A DNA stretch of 64,000 nucleotides from Sedimentisphaerales bacterium (lineage in GTDB: Bacteria > Planctomycetota > Phycisphaerae > Sedimentisphaerales > Anaerobacaceae), in assembly GCA_040772485.1 (NCBI GenBank), contig JAXGYC010000008.1:544001-608000 (forward strand). The letters run 5' to 3'. This document shows positions 10,331-18,823 of this stretch, piece after piece. The notes under the pieces are model-generated. The model did no database searches. It was not told the DNA's origin and saw nothing but the letters and a program-made list of their open reading frames with translations. The position numbers and the translations under genes were made by a program. Numbering within the stretch: the stretch's first letter is position 1; every line of letters begins with the position of its first letter.

Positions 10331-10498
10331 CGGCGACGCGGTTCCAGTATGACAATAGGCAGAGGCGTCGCAAAGAAATGGCCCTTCACACTTTCTTAGG
10401 CAGCATCTTGAATGAGTTGCGGTGTCGGCGATAGGATGGACGAGAGACCTCCGGCGGGTTGTCGAGAACAGACAAGGGATATCCGGGAGGGAACTGAG

Positions 10499-10858
10499 AT
10501 GGCCCAAGAGACGAAAGTAGACAACGGCATCAGCCAGGAAGAGGGCGGCGAGTCGCCGGTGTGCATCCGGTGTTTCCGGCCGGTGGACCCACTGGCGCAT
10601 TACTGTCCCAACTGCGGCGCCGCGACGGGGCAGCTCACGCATTATCTGCCTGTGGAGAGCATTCGCTGGCAAGCGAGCGTCTGGGGCCAGGCCTGGCGTC
10701 AGATCCGGTACCGCGACGTCTCCCTCGCGGGCCGGCTGTTCCGCCTGCTCATGATCGTCTGGAACGTCCCGATCATGCTGATCGGTCTGCTGTTCCGATC
10801 CAGGGACAAGGCAGAGGACACGCCGGAGCAGGACGATAGCGCAGACCGCAGCGAATGA
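10499..10858 (+). CDS. Small zinc-ribbon membrane protein
   Basis: CIRC..CPNC ribbon, hydrophobic C-terminal segment, GGAGG RBS before ATG 10499. Confidence 0.65.
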   Translation: MAQETKVDNGISQEEGGESPVCIRCFRPVDPLAHYCPNCGAATGQLTHYLPVESIRWQASVWGQAWRQIRYRDVSLAGRLFRLLMIVWNVPIMLIGLLFRSRDKAEDTPEQDDSADRSE

Positions 10859-10893
10859 CCGGCCAGCAGAACTGATGCGCGAAAGGAACGGCG

Positions 10894-11904
10894 ATGAGTA
10901 TGCGAAGAACGAGCGTGATACTCGTGTTGGTCCTCGTCCCGGCGATGGCGGCGGGCGGGCAGCGGCGCTGGATGATCGAGGATTCCAACGACATCGTCCA
11001 CCTGTCGCAGATCTACCTGCGGGACGTGTGCATCCTGCCGGATGCGGCCAGCGGGACCTACTACATAGTCGGCCCCGGCTTCAACAGCGTGCGCATCTAC
11101 ACCAGCAAGGACCTCAAGACGTGGCAGGGGCCCCGGACGATCTTCCGCACGCCCGCCGACATCTGGGGCGACGTCCGCGTGGTGAACATCTGGGCGCCCG
11201 AGATGCACAAGTACAGGGACAAGTACTACCTGTTCCTGACGTTCGACACCCGCAACCGCTTCGCCGAGCAGTGGCGCGACTGGCTGCCCCGCGTGACGCG
11301 CGGCTCGCAGGTGCTCGCGTCGGACCAGCCGACCGGGTCGTTTGCGCCTTTCGCCAACCGCTCGACGCTGCCGACCGACATGATGACGCTCGACGGCACG
11401 CTGTGGGTCGAGGACGGCACGCCGTACATGGTCTTCTGCCATGAATGGGTGCAGATCAAGGACGGTACCGTCGAATATGTCCAGCTCAAAGACGACCTGT
11501 CGGCCGCCGTGGGCGAGCCCAAACGCCTTTTCCATGGCAGCGACGCCAAGTGGAGCAAGAAATCCGACCAGTACGGTTGTCACGTCACGGATGGTCCGTA
11601 CCTGTACACCAGCAAGTCGGGCAAGCTGTTCATGATCTGGACCAGCGGAGGCTACAGCGGCTACACGACGGGCATCGCGATCAGCGACTCCGGCAGGCTC
11701 GCCGGACCCTGGCGGCAGCAGGATGAACCTATCTACGCCAAGGACGGCGGTCACGGCATGCTCTTCACAACCTTCGATCCCGGCGCCCCACGGCTGATGA
11801 TGGTCCTGCACGCGCCCAACAACCGCGACGCCCAGCCGCACCTCTTCGAGATGGAGGACACCGGCGAAACCCTCCGGATCGCCCGCGAATTCACCGGTAA
11901 ATAA
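10894..11904 (+). CDS. Secreted glycoside hydrolase family 43 protein
   Basis: Signal peptide; LRD, WAPE, LDGTL, CHEW, TDGP and GGHGMLF motifs. Confidence 0.9.
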   Translation: MSMRRTSVILVLVLVPAMAAGGQRRWMIEDSNDIVHLSQIYLRDVCILPDAASGTYYIVGPGFNSVRIYTSKDLKTWQGPRTIFRTPADIWGDVRVVNIWAPEMHKYRDKYYLFLTFDTRNRFAEQWRDWLPRVTRGSQVLASDQPTGSFAPFANRSTLPTDMMTLDGTLWVEDGTPYMVFCHEWVQIKDGTVEYVQLKDDLSAAVGEPKRLFHGSDAKWSKKSDQYGCHVTDGPYLYTSKSGKLFMIWTSGGYSGYTTGIAISDSGRLAGPWRQQDEPIYAKDGGHGMLFTTFDPGAPRLMMVLHAPNNRDAQPHLFEMEDTGETLRIAREFTGK

Positions 11905-11980
11905 CCGCCACACGATGCGACACTACGCCGGGGAGCGGAAAGCGACATGGCCGTGAAAGCGAAGGAACACTCAGCGCGAC

Positions 11981-12100
11981 TTTGTCATTCCGAGCAACGT
12001 CGAGAGCCTGTCCTGAGCGAAGTCGAACGGAAATCTGGGCGCGAACGCGGCCCACTCCGCATCCGTGGCCAGACCCCTCGACTGCGCTCGGGGTGACAAA
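11981..12100. repeat. Palindromic miniature element, family C (TGTCAT...TGACA ends) with a nested module
   Basis: Terminal inverted repeat TTTGTCATTCCGAGC / GCTCGGGGTGACAAA; internal CTGAGCGAAGTCGAACGG shared with 17560-17577. Confidence 0.8.
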
Positions 12101-12202
12101 CAGGGATGCAGAGGTAGGCAAGACGCAGCAAGAAGACGCGCCAGACAGGATGTCTCGCCGCCCTGGAAGCCGTTTGGGATGCTCTCCTGGAGGGAGTAGA
12201 AT

Positions 12203-12532
12203 ATGAAGCCCAGGATCATGTACATCGAATTGAAGACACATGGCGGCGGTCATGACGACAACGGACCCGCCTGGATTTCCCGTGTCACTTTCTCCAAGAC
12301 CGGCAGAACCATCTATTGGCGTGGCAGGCGACTCCGACGCGGCAAGCGAGGATGCGCGAATCACTTCGATCTCGACACAGGAGACACGTACTGGGTCTCA
12401 GGCCCGAAGAAGAACGGCGAAGACCGCTACCCGTGGGCCGCGGAGAAAGTCAGAATCGACCCGGATGTCCGGCAGGAGTATTGGACGCAGATCAGAAGAC
12501 AGCCGGACAAGGCAAACGAAGAATTCGCCTGA
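12203..12532 (+). CDS. Conserved hypothetical protein
   Basis: 109 aa; RIMYIE..K, GPA.I.RV.FSKTG, YWVSG.KK.G.DR, EYW..IR pattern; GGAG RBS. Confidence 0.8.
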   Translation: MKPRIMYIELKTHGGGHDDNGPAWISRVTFSKTGRTIYWRGRRLRRGKRGCANHFDLDTGDTYWVSGPKKNGEDRYPWAAEKVRIDPDVRQEYWTQIRRQPDKANEEFA

Positions 12533-12613
12533 CATCAAAGAGCGCCCGAACCATTCTCACTTTCGTTCCTCAGACACCGGGCGTACGCGCAGATCGTTCC
12601 TGGATAGACCTGG

Positions 12614-13216
12614 ATGGCACGCGGGAAGCAGACCGTAGTGGTGGGCATCGATCTGGCGGGTTCTCCTCGCCGGCCGACGGGGTTGTGCGTGCTGCGCGGC
12701 CTCAGGGCGCAGACGCAGGTCGCGCATACTGACGAGGAGATCCTCAGCGTGGTCGAGAAGGCCAGGCCCGATCTGGTTCCGATCGATGCGCCGCTGAGTC
12801 TGCCGCCCGGGCGCACGAGCATCCACGATCGTGCCGGCGAGCACCTTCGCGAATGCGACCGCGAATTGCGGCGGCGCAAGATTCGCTTCTTCCCCATCAC
12901 GCTCGGCCCGATGCGCATGCTGACCGAACGCGGTCTGGCGCTGAAGGCGAAGATCGAAGCGATGGGCTTTGCCGTCGTCGAATGCTACCCCGGCGCCGCG
13001 CAGGACCTCTGGCACATCCCGCGCCAGCACCGCGACCGAGCGGGGCTCCTGCACGGCTTGGCCCATCTCGGCGTCAAGGGCCTGACCGCCGAGATGACAG
13101 GCGATGAGCTCGACGCCGTAACCGCCGCCCTCGTCGGACGCTGGCGCCTCGCCGGCAAAGGCGAGATGCTCGGCGGCGACACCGGCATCCTCGTCCCCCG
13201 GCCGAACTCAGTGTAG
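12614..13216 (+). CDS. DUF429 family predicted nuclease (RNase H-like fold)
   Basis: VGIDLAG, IDAPLSLP, R.CDRELR, ECYPGA, DELDA. Confidence 0.85.
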   Translation: MARGKQTVVVGIDLAGSPRRPTGLCVLRGLRAQTQVAHTDEEILSVVEKARPDLVPIDAPLSLPPGRTSIHDRAGEHLRECDRELRRRKIRFFPITLGPMRMLTERGLALKAKIEAMGFAVVECYPGAAQDLWHIPRQHRDRAGLLHGLAHLGVKGLTAEMTGDELDAVTAALVGRWRLAGKGEMLGGDTGILVPRPNSV

Positions 13217-13225
13217 ATGTGAGGC

Positions 13226-13259
13226 GTGGCAGCCTCAAGCCCGCAGGGCTTGGGGATGG
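13226..13259 (+). repeat. REP family A singlet between convergent genes
   Basis: GTGGCAGCCTCAAGCCCGCAGGGCTTGGGGATGG. Confidence 0.88.
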
Positions 13260-13264
13260 TCGGT

Positions 13265-13519
13265 TCACGCGCAGCGTCGCGGCTGCAATTCCAGCAGGTC
13301 CTCCTCGTTGAGCGGCTCCGGCCGGTGGCTATCGAGGATGTGGTTGGCCATCTCGACGAGGTCGTCTCGCTCGCACCCGCAGGCTTGGCAGCGCCAGCCG
13401 TCGCCGAGGTAGATCGGCAGGCTCCGGCGACGCTCGATCAGCAGACAAAAGGCGTCCAGCTCCAGCTCGCTGAAGTACCTCAGCTCGACGATCTGCGCGC
13501 CGCTCCATTTCTCACACAT
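13265..13519 (-). CDS. Small protein with a C2H2-type zinc-finger motif
   Basis: W-R-C-x2-C-x12-H-x4-H (WRCQACGCERDDLVEMANHILDSH); GC3-rich codons; fills an otherwise empty gap. Confidence 0.6.
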   Translation of the reverse strand: MCEKWSGAQIVELRYFSELELDAFCLLIERRRSLPIYLGDGWRCQACGCERDDLVEMANHILDSHRPEPLNEEDLLELQPRRCA

Positions 13520-13712
13520 TCACGACCCCATCCGCCCCCCATCATTACCACCGCGCAAGATCTCGATATGTCTTCCATAAACAGCATCCCCGCCTTGCAG
13601 AAGGCAGTTGAAATTGGATTGCCGGGAGCTTAGTGTGGTCGGCGCGTGGGGCGGTTGGGTCCGCCGGGGCGGGGGGAATTGAGATAGGACAAGAAAGCGA
13701 AGGAGGTTCCGC

Positions 13713-15686
13713 ATGGGCAGGCATATCACGGGGATCGGATTCGTTGTTCTGGTTTGCGTTCTGGGACAGGGGGCGTTCGGGCAGGGGGTGGGGCGGGTGC
13801 GGTGGCAGCATCTTTCGAGCACGGCGGGGCAGGTTCCGACGCCGGACGTGGGGCGGCAGGTGGCCACGCTCATCCTTGACGTCGATGGCGATGGGGTCAA
13901 CGACTTCGTCGTCGCCAGCTACGAGAAGATCGCGTGGTTTCGACGCAGCGCCGACGGCTGGACGCGGTACGCGATCGAGAACGGCGCCCAGGGCGTGCGC
14001 CTCGAAGCCGGAGGCGATGTCCTCGACATTGACGGCGACGGCGACCTCGACATCGTCATGGGCGCACAATCGAAGGCGGGCGAGGTATGGTGGTGGGCCA
14101 ATCCCAGCCCTGACTTCGACGCCCAGACGCCCTGGAAGCGGCACGAGGTCATTGCCGTCGGAGGCACGCACCACGACCAGATCTTCGGCGATTTCGACGG
14201 CGACGGCAAGGTCGAGCTGGCCTTCTGGTACAACGCAGGCAAGCAGTTGTACCTGTCCGAGATTCCCACCGACCCGACGCAACGCTGGCCCGTCACCGAG
14301 ATCGCCAGGCTCAGCGCCGACAAGGCCAACCCCGAGGGCTTTGCCAAGATCGACATCAACGGCGACGGCAAGCTCGACATCGTCGGCGGGGGCCACTGGT
14401 TCGAGCACGTCGGCGGCACGACGTTCAAGGCCCACGCCATCGACGAGGACTATCAGTTCACCCGCTCGGCGGCCGGCGACCTGATCGAAGGCGGCCGGCC
14501 CGAAGTGGTGATCGGCTCGGGCGACGGCGTCGGGCCGCTGGCGCTGTACGAATACAAAGACGGCACGTGGACCAAGCGCGTGCTGATCGAAGGCGTGGAC
14601 CACGGACACAGCCTCCAGGTCGGCGACCTCGACGGCGACGGCCACGGCGACATCTACACGGGCGAGATGTACAACCCCGGCTCGGGGGCCAGGTGCAGGC
14701 AGTGGGTGTGCTACGGCGACGGCAAGGGCAACTTCGAGACGCAGTTGATCTCGACGGGCATCGGCTGCCACGAGTGCCGGATCGGCGATCTCGACGGAGA
14801 CGGTGACATGGACATCCTCCAGAAGGACTTCCAGCAGGACCGGCGGGTCGATGTCTGGCTCAACGGCGGCACGCGCCCGGGCGCTGCCGGCATCGGCGCC
14901 AGCGCCGCTTTTCGCGGGCCCGTCGGCCTTCAGCTCTACAGCCTGCGTGACATCTTCAAAGACAACGTCGCGCTGGGGCTCCAACTGACGCAGAACTTCG
15001 GCTTCGTGGAGGTCGAGCTGGCCGGCACGTACGGCCTGACGCCAGCCGAGTTCCTGAAGCGCCTGGCGTGGCACGGACTCAAGCCGATCGCGGCGCACTG
15101 GTCGTACGAGCAGTGGGAGAAGGACCCGGCGGCGGTGGTGGCCGAGGCCAAGGCGCTGGGCCTGGCCTACGCCGGCTGCGCGTGGATTCCTCACGATGGT
15201 CCATTCGACGAGGCGCTGTGCCGTCGTGCGGCGGCCGTGTTCAACCGCGCCGGCGAAGTCGCCACGGCGCAGGGCATCCGGTTCTACTATCACAACCACG
15301 GCTACGAATTCGTGCCCCATGGCGACGGCACGCTGTTCGATCTGCTGCTGGCCGAGACGAAGCCCGAGCTGGTCACGTACGAGATGGACGTATTCTGGAC
15401 GGTCCACCCGGGCCAGGACCCGGTCAAGCTGCTGCGCCGCTACCCGCACCGCTGGGAGCTGTTCCATATCAAGGACCTGAAGAAGGGCGTCGCCACCGGC
15501 AAGCTGACCGGCTCGGAGGACGTCCGCAACGACGTGGTCCTCGGCACCGGCCAGATCGACCTGCCCGCGATCCTGCGCGCCGCCCAGGAGATCGGCGTGA
15601 AACACTACTTCATCGAGGACGAGTCGCCGACGGTGATTCAGCAGATCCCGCAGAGCCTGCGATTTCTCGAATCGCTGTCGTGGTGA
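13713..15686 (+). CDS. Secreted FG-GAP/VCBS-repeat protein fused to a sugar-phosphate isomerase/epimerase (xylose isomerase-like TIM barrel)
   Basis: Signal peptide; seven DxDGDGxxD-type repeats; then GLQLYSLR, YHNHGYEF, EMDVFW, HIKD and FIEDE. Confidence 0.88.
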   Translation: MGRHITGIGFVVLVCVLGQGAFGQGVGRVRWQHLSSTAGQVPTPDVGRQVATLILDVDGDGVNDFVVASYEKIAWFRRSADGWTRYAIENGAQGVRLEAGGDVLDIDGDGDLDIVMGAQSKAGEVWWWANPSPDFDAQTPWKRHEVIAVGGTHHDQIFGDFDGDGKVELAFWYNAGKQLYLSEIPTDPTQRWPVTEIARLSADKANPEGFAKIDINGDGKLDIVGGGHWFEHVGGTTFKAHAIDEDYQFTRSAAGDLIEGGRPEVVIGSGDGVGPLALYEYKDGTWTKRVLIEGVDHGHSLQVGDLDGDGHGDIYTGEMYNPGSGARCRQWVCYGDGKGNFETQLISTGIGCHECRIGDLDGDGDMDILQKDFQQDRRVDVWLNGGTRPGAAGIGASAAFRGPVGLQLYSLRDIFKDNVALGLQLTQNFGFVEVELAGTYGLTPAEFLKRLAWHGLKPIAAHWSYEQWEKDPAAVVAEAKALGLAYAGCAWIPHDGPFDEALCRRAAAVFNRAGEVATAQGIRFYYHNHGYEFVPHGDGTLFDLLLAETKPELVTYEMDVFWTVHPGQDPVKLLRRYPHRWELFHIKDLKKGVATGKLTGSEDVRNDVVLGTGQIDLPAILRAAQEIGVKHYFIEDESPTVIQQIPQSLRFLESLSW

Positions 15687-15708
15687 GGCGCAGCACGCTC
15701 CGAGACAC

Positions 15709-17220
15709 TCAGCCGACATCGAGAGTGAACGACTCTGCGGTGTCGGAATCGGCGGCGATGTGCCAGGTGGTTCGCGTGAGCGCCTGGAGGAATCGGCGGT
15801 CGTGGCTGACCAGCAGCAGACTGCACGGGCAGTCGGCCAGGGCGGTCTCCAGCGCCTCGATGGAGGGCAGGTCCATGTGGTTGGTCGGCTCGTCCATAAT
15901 GATGATATGCGGGGCGCCGAGCATGCCCAGCGCCAGCAGGAGCTTGCGGGTCTCGCCCGGGCTGGGGTCATCGCTTGCGAGCAGACGGTCGGGGCGGGAG
16001 CCGAGCCGGCTGACAATGGTCATCAGGTGACCGAGCCGGTCCTTGGCCAATCGCCTGACCTGGTCCAGCATCTCGCGTGATCGGCCCGCGTCGATCTCCT
16101 GCGGCACGCAGGTCAACTGTTCCGGCGGGACCTCCAGTTTTGCCAGCAGATGCCGCACCAGCGTGCTCTTGCCCGAGCCGTTGACGCCGGTCAGCGCGAT
16201 GCGGTCCGTCGGACGGATCGTCAGGTCGGGATACGCAAGCCGTCGATGCTCGCCCAGAGGGAGCGAGCCGGCCGGCAGTTCCAGCAGCGTGTTTCGCTTC
16301 GACGTCGAACCCGGCAGCCAGATACCGATCTCGTGCTGCTTCTTGACTCGCGTCGTCTGCGACTTCTCCTGGGCGTGGGCGAGTTGCCCGCGAAGCTGCC
16401 GCCGGAGCTTGCCGCCGACGCCGTCCTTGCCGCTGACGCGGGCGCGATCCTTCTTCTCCCGCGCATCGTGGTCCCTGATCGCCAGGTGCCGCTTCGAGCG
16501 TCGGCTCTGGGCCTGCCTGGCCAGTTCTTCTCGGCGGACTGCCTCCCGACGGACTTTCTCGTACGTACGCTTGCTCTGCTCGTGCTGCCTTTGCGCCGTC
16601 TGCTGCTCGAGCCTGGCGGCCTCGGCGCCCTTCGTGACACCGCCCGGCCGGACCGTCACATCGGGCGGGTCGATGAACACGCACTGCGTGCACAGACTGT
16701 CGAGCAGCTCTCTGTCGTGACTGACCAGAAGACCCACGCCGCGAAACGAACGCAGCGACGTTGCCACCAATTCCCGCGCGAGCGCATCGAGATGGTTGGT
16801 CGGCTCGTCGATGGCGAGCACCTCGGGTTCGAGCCACAGGGCTGTGGCGATCTGCGCGCGTTTGCGCTCGCCGTGCGAAAGTGTGTCCCAGCGATTCGGC
16901 CAGCCGCCCTCGACGCCCAGCATCTCGCGGATCGTCCAGGCGGATTTCGTCTGGGCACTGACGAATTGCTCGAACCGGTTGGGCATATCGTCGGTCCGCT
17001 GCGGGCAGTAGACGGCGCGCGCCGGCGCTTCGATCGTGCCCGTATCTGACGTCAACTGACCGGCGGCCAGCTTCAGAAGAGTGGTCTTGCCTGCGCCGTT
17101 GGCGCCGACGACGCCGGACCAGCCGCGCGGAAGGTGCAGGGACAGATTGCGGAACAGCGGCTCAGCGGCGGATGGATAGGCAAACGTGATGTTGTGGAAT
17201 CGGACAAATAACCGGCTCAT
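15709..17220 (-). CDS. ABC-F family ATPase (candidate ribosome-protection or translation factor)
   Basis: Two NBDs (GANGAGKTT / LSHGE / DEPTNHLD; GVNGSGKST / SPGE / DEPTNHMD), long basic helical linker, no TM segments. Confidence 0.88.
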   Translation of the reverse strand: MSRLFVRFHNITFAYPSAAEPLFRNLSLHLPRGWSGVVGANGAGKTTLLKLAAGQLTSDTGTIEAPARAVYCPQRTDDMPNRFEQFVSAQTKSAWTIREMLGVEGGWPNRWDTLSHGERKRAQIATALWLEPEVLAIDEPTNHLDALARELVATSLRSFRGVGLLVSHDRELLDSLCTQCVFIDPPDVTVRPGGVTKGAEAARLEQQTAQRQHEQSKRTYEKVRREAVRREELARQAQSRRSKRHLAIRDHDAREKKDRARVSGKDGVGGKLRRQLRGQLAHAQEKSQTTRVKKQHEIGIWLPGSTSKRNTLLELPAGSLPLGEHRRLAYPDLTIRPTDRIALTGVNGSGKSTLVRHLLAKLEVPPEQLTCVPQEIDAGRSREMLDQVRRLAKDRLGHLMTIVSRLGSRPDRLLASDDPSPGETRKLLLALGMLGAPHIIIMDEPTNHMDLPSIEALETALADCPCSLLLVSHDRRFLQALTRTTWHIAADSDTAESFTLDVG

Positions 17221-17328
17221 GGCTTCGTTCCCGACGGTCTGACGACGAATCGGCTCTCCGCCGCCGACGTCGCCAAGAGAAACGCCCTTCTTGGGCAGGC
17301 TGGTCGAACTACGGCTCGGGGTATCTGT

Positions 17329-17340
17329 CTAATTCCGCAT
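17329..17340 (-). CDS. Leader peptide uORF (MRN*) upstream of the ABC-F gene
   Basis: GGAG-8 nt-ATG CGG AAT TAG, between the promoter and the ABC-F start. Confidence 0.65.
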   Translation of the reverse strand: MRN

Positions 17341-17377
17341 GTACTTGGCTCCAGGACATCACAGGAGATTCGGTTCG

Positions 17378-17406
17378 TTCATAGGAAATCACGCGGACCA
17401 TGTCAA
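17378..17406 (-). promoter_or_regulatory. Sigma-70 promoter of the ABC-F leader
   Basis: TTGACA-17-TATGAA. Confidence 0.7.
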
Positions 17407-17510
17407 GTCCGTTTCCTGCGCGGGATGCCTATCGGGTGCACGGCGTGTGTGTAGGTAGGTTCCTGCCAAGGCCAGGAAGGGGGTCTTGTCGTCTCGGAGA
17501 GCGTAGCGGG

Positions 17511-17672
17511 TGTCATTTCGACTGAGGGCTTGCCCCTTCAACTGCGTTCAGGGCAGGCTCTGAGCGAAGTCGAACGGGGCGAAGCCCGCACGGAGAAATC
17601 TGGCCGAGGATAAGGCAATGTCCCATTCGCAGCCAGATTCCTCCACGGCGCTGCGCTCCGGTCGGAATGACA
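17511..17672. repeat. Palindromic miniature element, family C, doubly nested
   Basis: TGTCATTTCGAC...GTCGGAATGACA ends; inner GAAATCTGGC / GCCAGATTCC stem; nested CTTCAACTGCGTTCAGGGCAGGC and CTGAGCGAAGTCGAACGG modules. Confidence 0.8.
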
Positions 17673-17696
17673 AAGTCGACTACAGCCCCCCGTCCG

Positions 17697-17727
17697 CCAT
17701 CCCCAAGCTGGCGCTTGAGGCTGCCAC
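17697..17727 (-). repeat. REP family A singlet
   Basis: Plus strand reads CCATCCCCAAGCTGGCGCTTGAGGCTGCCAC. Confidence 0.88.
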
Positions 17728-17755
17728 ACACCTGATCGGTGGTGATCCCAGGGCA

Positions 17756-18823
17756 CTATGCCTGATCGGACACGAGGTGTTGTCGGAACCAGTCGCGGGT
17801 TCGGCGCCACATCTCGGGTGAGAGGACGTGGCCGGAACCGGGCTCGATGTAGTGGGTGAAGTGCTCCGGCGCTCCGGCCCGTTCGTACGCCCGGGCGATG
17901 GTGTCGATCCCCTGGCGGACCTCGTCGATGGGGCTGCCTGTGTCGCGTTCGCCGAAGTTCAGATGGAGCGGTCGGGGCGCGATGAGGCCGGCGATGTCCG
18001 GCGTGTCGCCATATTGAAACCAGCCGGGGATGAAGTTCGGGAAACAGTGCAGGATGTGCGTGCGATGAATCGCCCCATACGTGGGCAGGCAGCAGTTGGC
18101 GACCAGGCACGTCAGCCTCGGCTCCCACGGTCCGACGAGCCAGGTGTGGGTGGCGCCCATGGAGTGGCCGTAGCAGCCGATACGGTCGGCCTTCACCTCG
18201 GGCCTCGAACAGAGGTAATCCACCGCGCGCCGCATGTCGAGGATGTTCTTCCAGGCCATGCACCTGCCCGCCACCACATAGCGGAGAAACTCGAATCGCT
18301 CGAAGTCGCCGCCTCGCAGCCGATCGTTCTGCCTCTCCTCGAAGCATAGCGCGTCGGGGCAGAGGACGACGTATCCCTCCTTGACCAGCGCGACGCCCGT
18401 GTGGTGCATCGGGTCGCCCGCCAGTCCGGCCGGCTCGTTCTTGCCCAGATGATACTGGCCGTTGTGCTGGTGCCAGACGGCCACCGCCGCAGCGGGGTGG
18501 TTGGCATCGACGCCGTCGGGCACCAGGAGCATTGCCGGCACGCGGTCGCCCGGCTCAACTTCGTACGTCACCGACTCGATGCGGTAGCCTTTCTTGCGGA
18601 TGGTCTCGCGAACGACCGGCCGCAGGTCGCAGGGGTCGGGCCACGGTCCGCCCAGGCAGGCCAGCAACTTCGTTTTCAAATCGTCGGATACCATCGCTTT
18701 CTCCTCACCGCAGACCGGGCTGCCGAACATCTCTGAAGCCGCCACTATGGCCACCCCTGTCGCTGACTGTTTCAGAAACTGTCGCCTTGGGATTCCGTCC
18801 GGCGGTTTGTGCGCCGTGCTCAT
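17756..18823 (-). CDS. Tat-signal alpha/beta hydrolase (dienelactone hydrolase / acetylxylan esterase-like)
   Basis: RRQFLK; GHSMG nucleophile elbow; IAPRPL..G..D and GH. ATG 18823 overlaps the sirtuin stop (ATGA). Confidence 0.85.
   Translation of the reverse strand: MSTAHKPPDGIPRRQFLKQSATGVAIVAASEMFGSPVCGEEKAMVSDDLKTKLLACLGGPWPDPCDLRPVVRETIRKKGYRIESVTYEVEPGDRVPAMLLVPDGVDANHPAAAVAVWHQHNGQYHLGKNEPAGLAGDPMHHTGVALVKEGYVVLCPDALCFEERQNDRLRGGDFERFEFLRYVVAGRCMAWKNILDMRRAVDYLCSRPEVKADRIGCYGHSMGATHTWLVGPWEPRLTCLVANCCLPTYGAIHRTHILHCFPNFIPGWFQYGDTPDIAGLIAPRPLHLNFGERDTGSPIDEVRQGIDTIARAYERAGAPEHFTHYIEPGSGHVLSPEMWRRTRDWFRQHLVSDQA

Noticed and set aside
12203..12532. Enzyme name (DXP synthase) that I recall being attached to similar short proteins
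   Set aside because: 109 aa with no TPP-binding motif; far too short
10499..13519. Integron cassette array of small genes
   Set aside because: No RYYYAAC...GTTRRRY attC pairs and no integrase; orientations are mixed
13545..16016. 823-aa minus-strand ORF, and similar long antisense ORFs (41228-43993, 58431-60677, 61740-63863, 3417-4661)
   Set aside because: Shadow frames of GC3-biased real genes; no recognisable motifs
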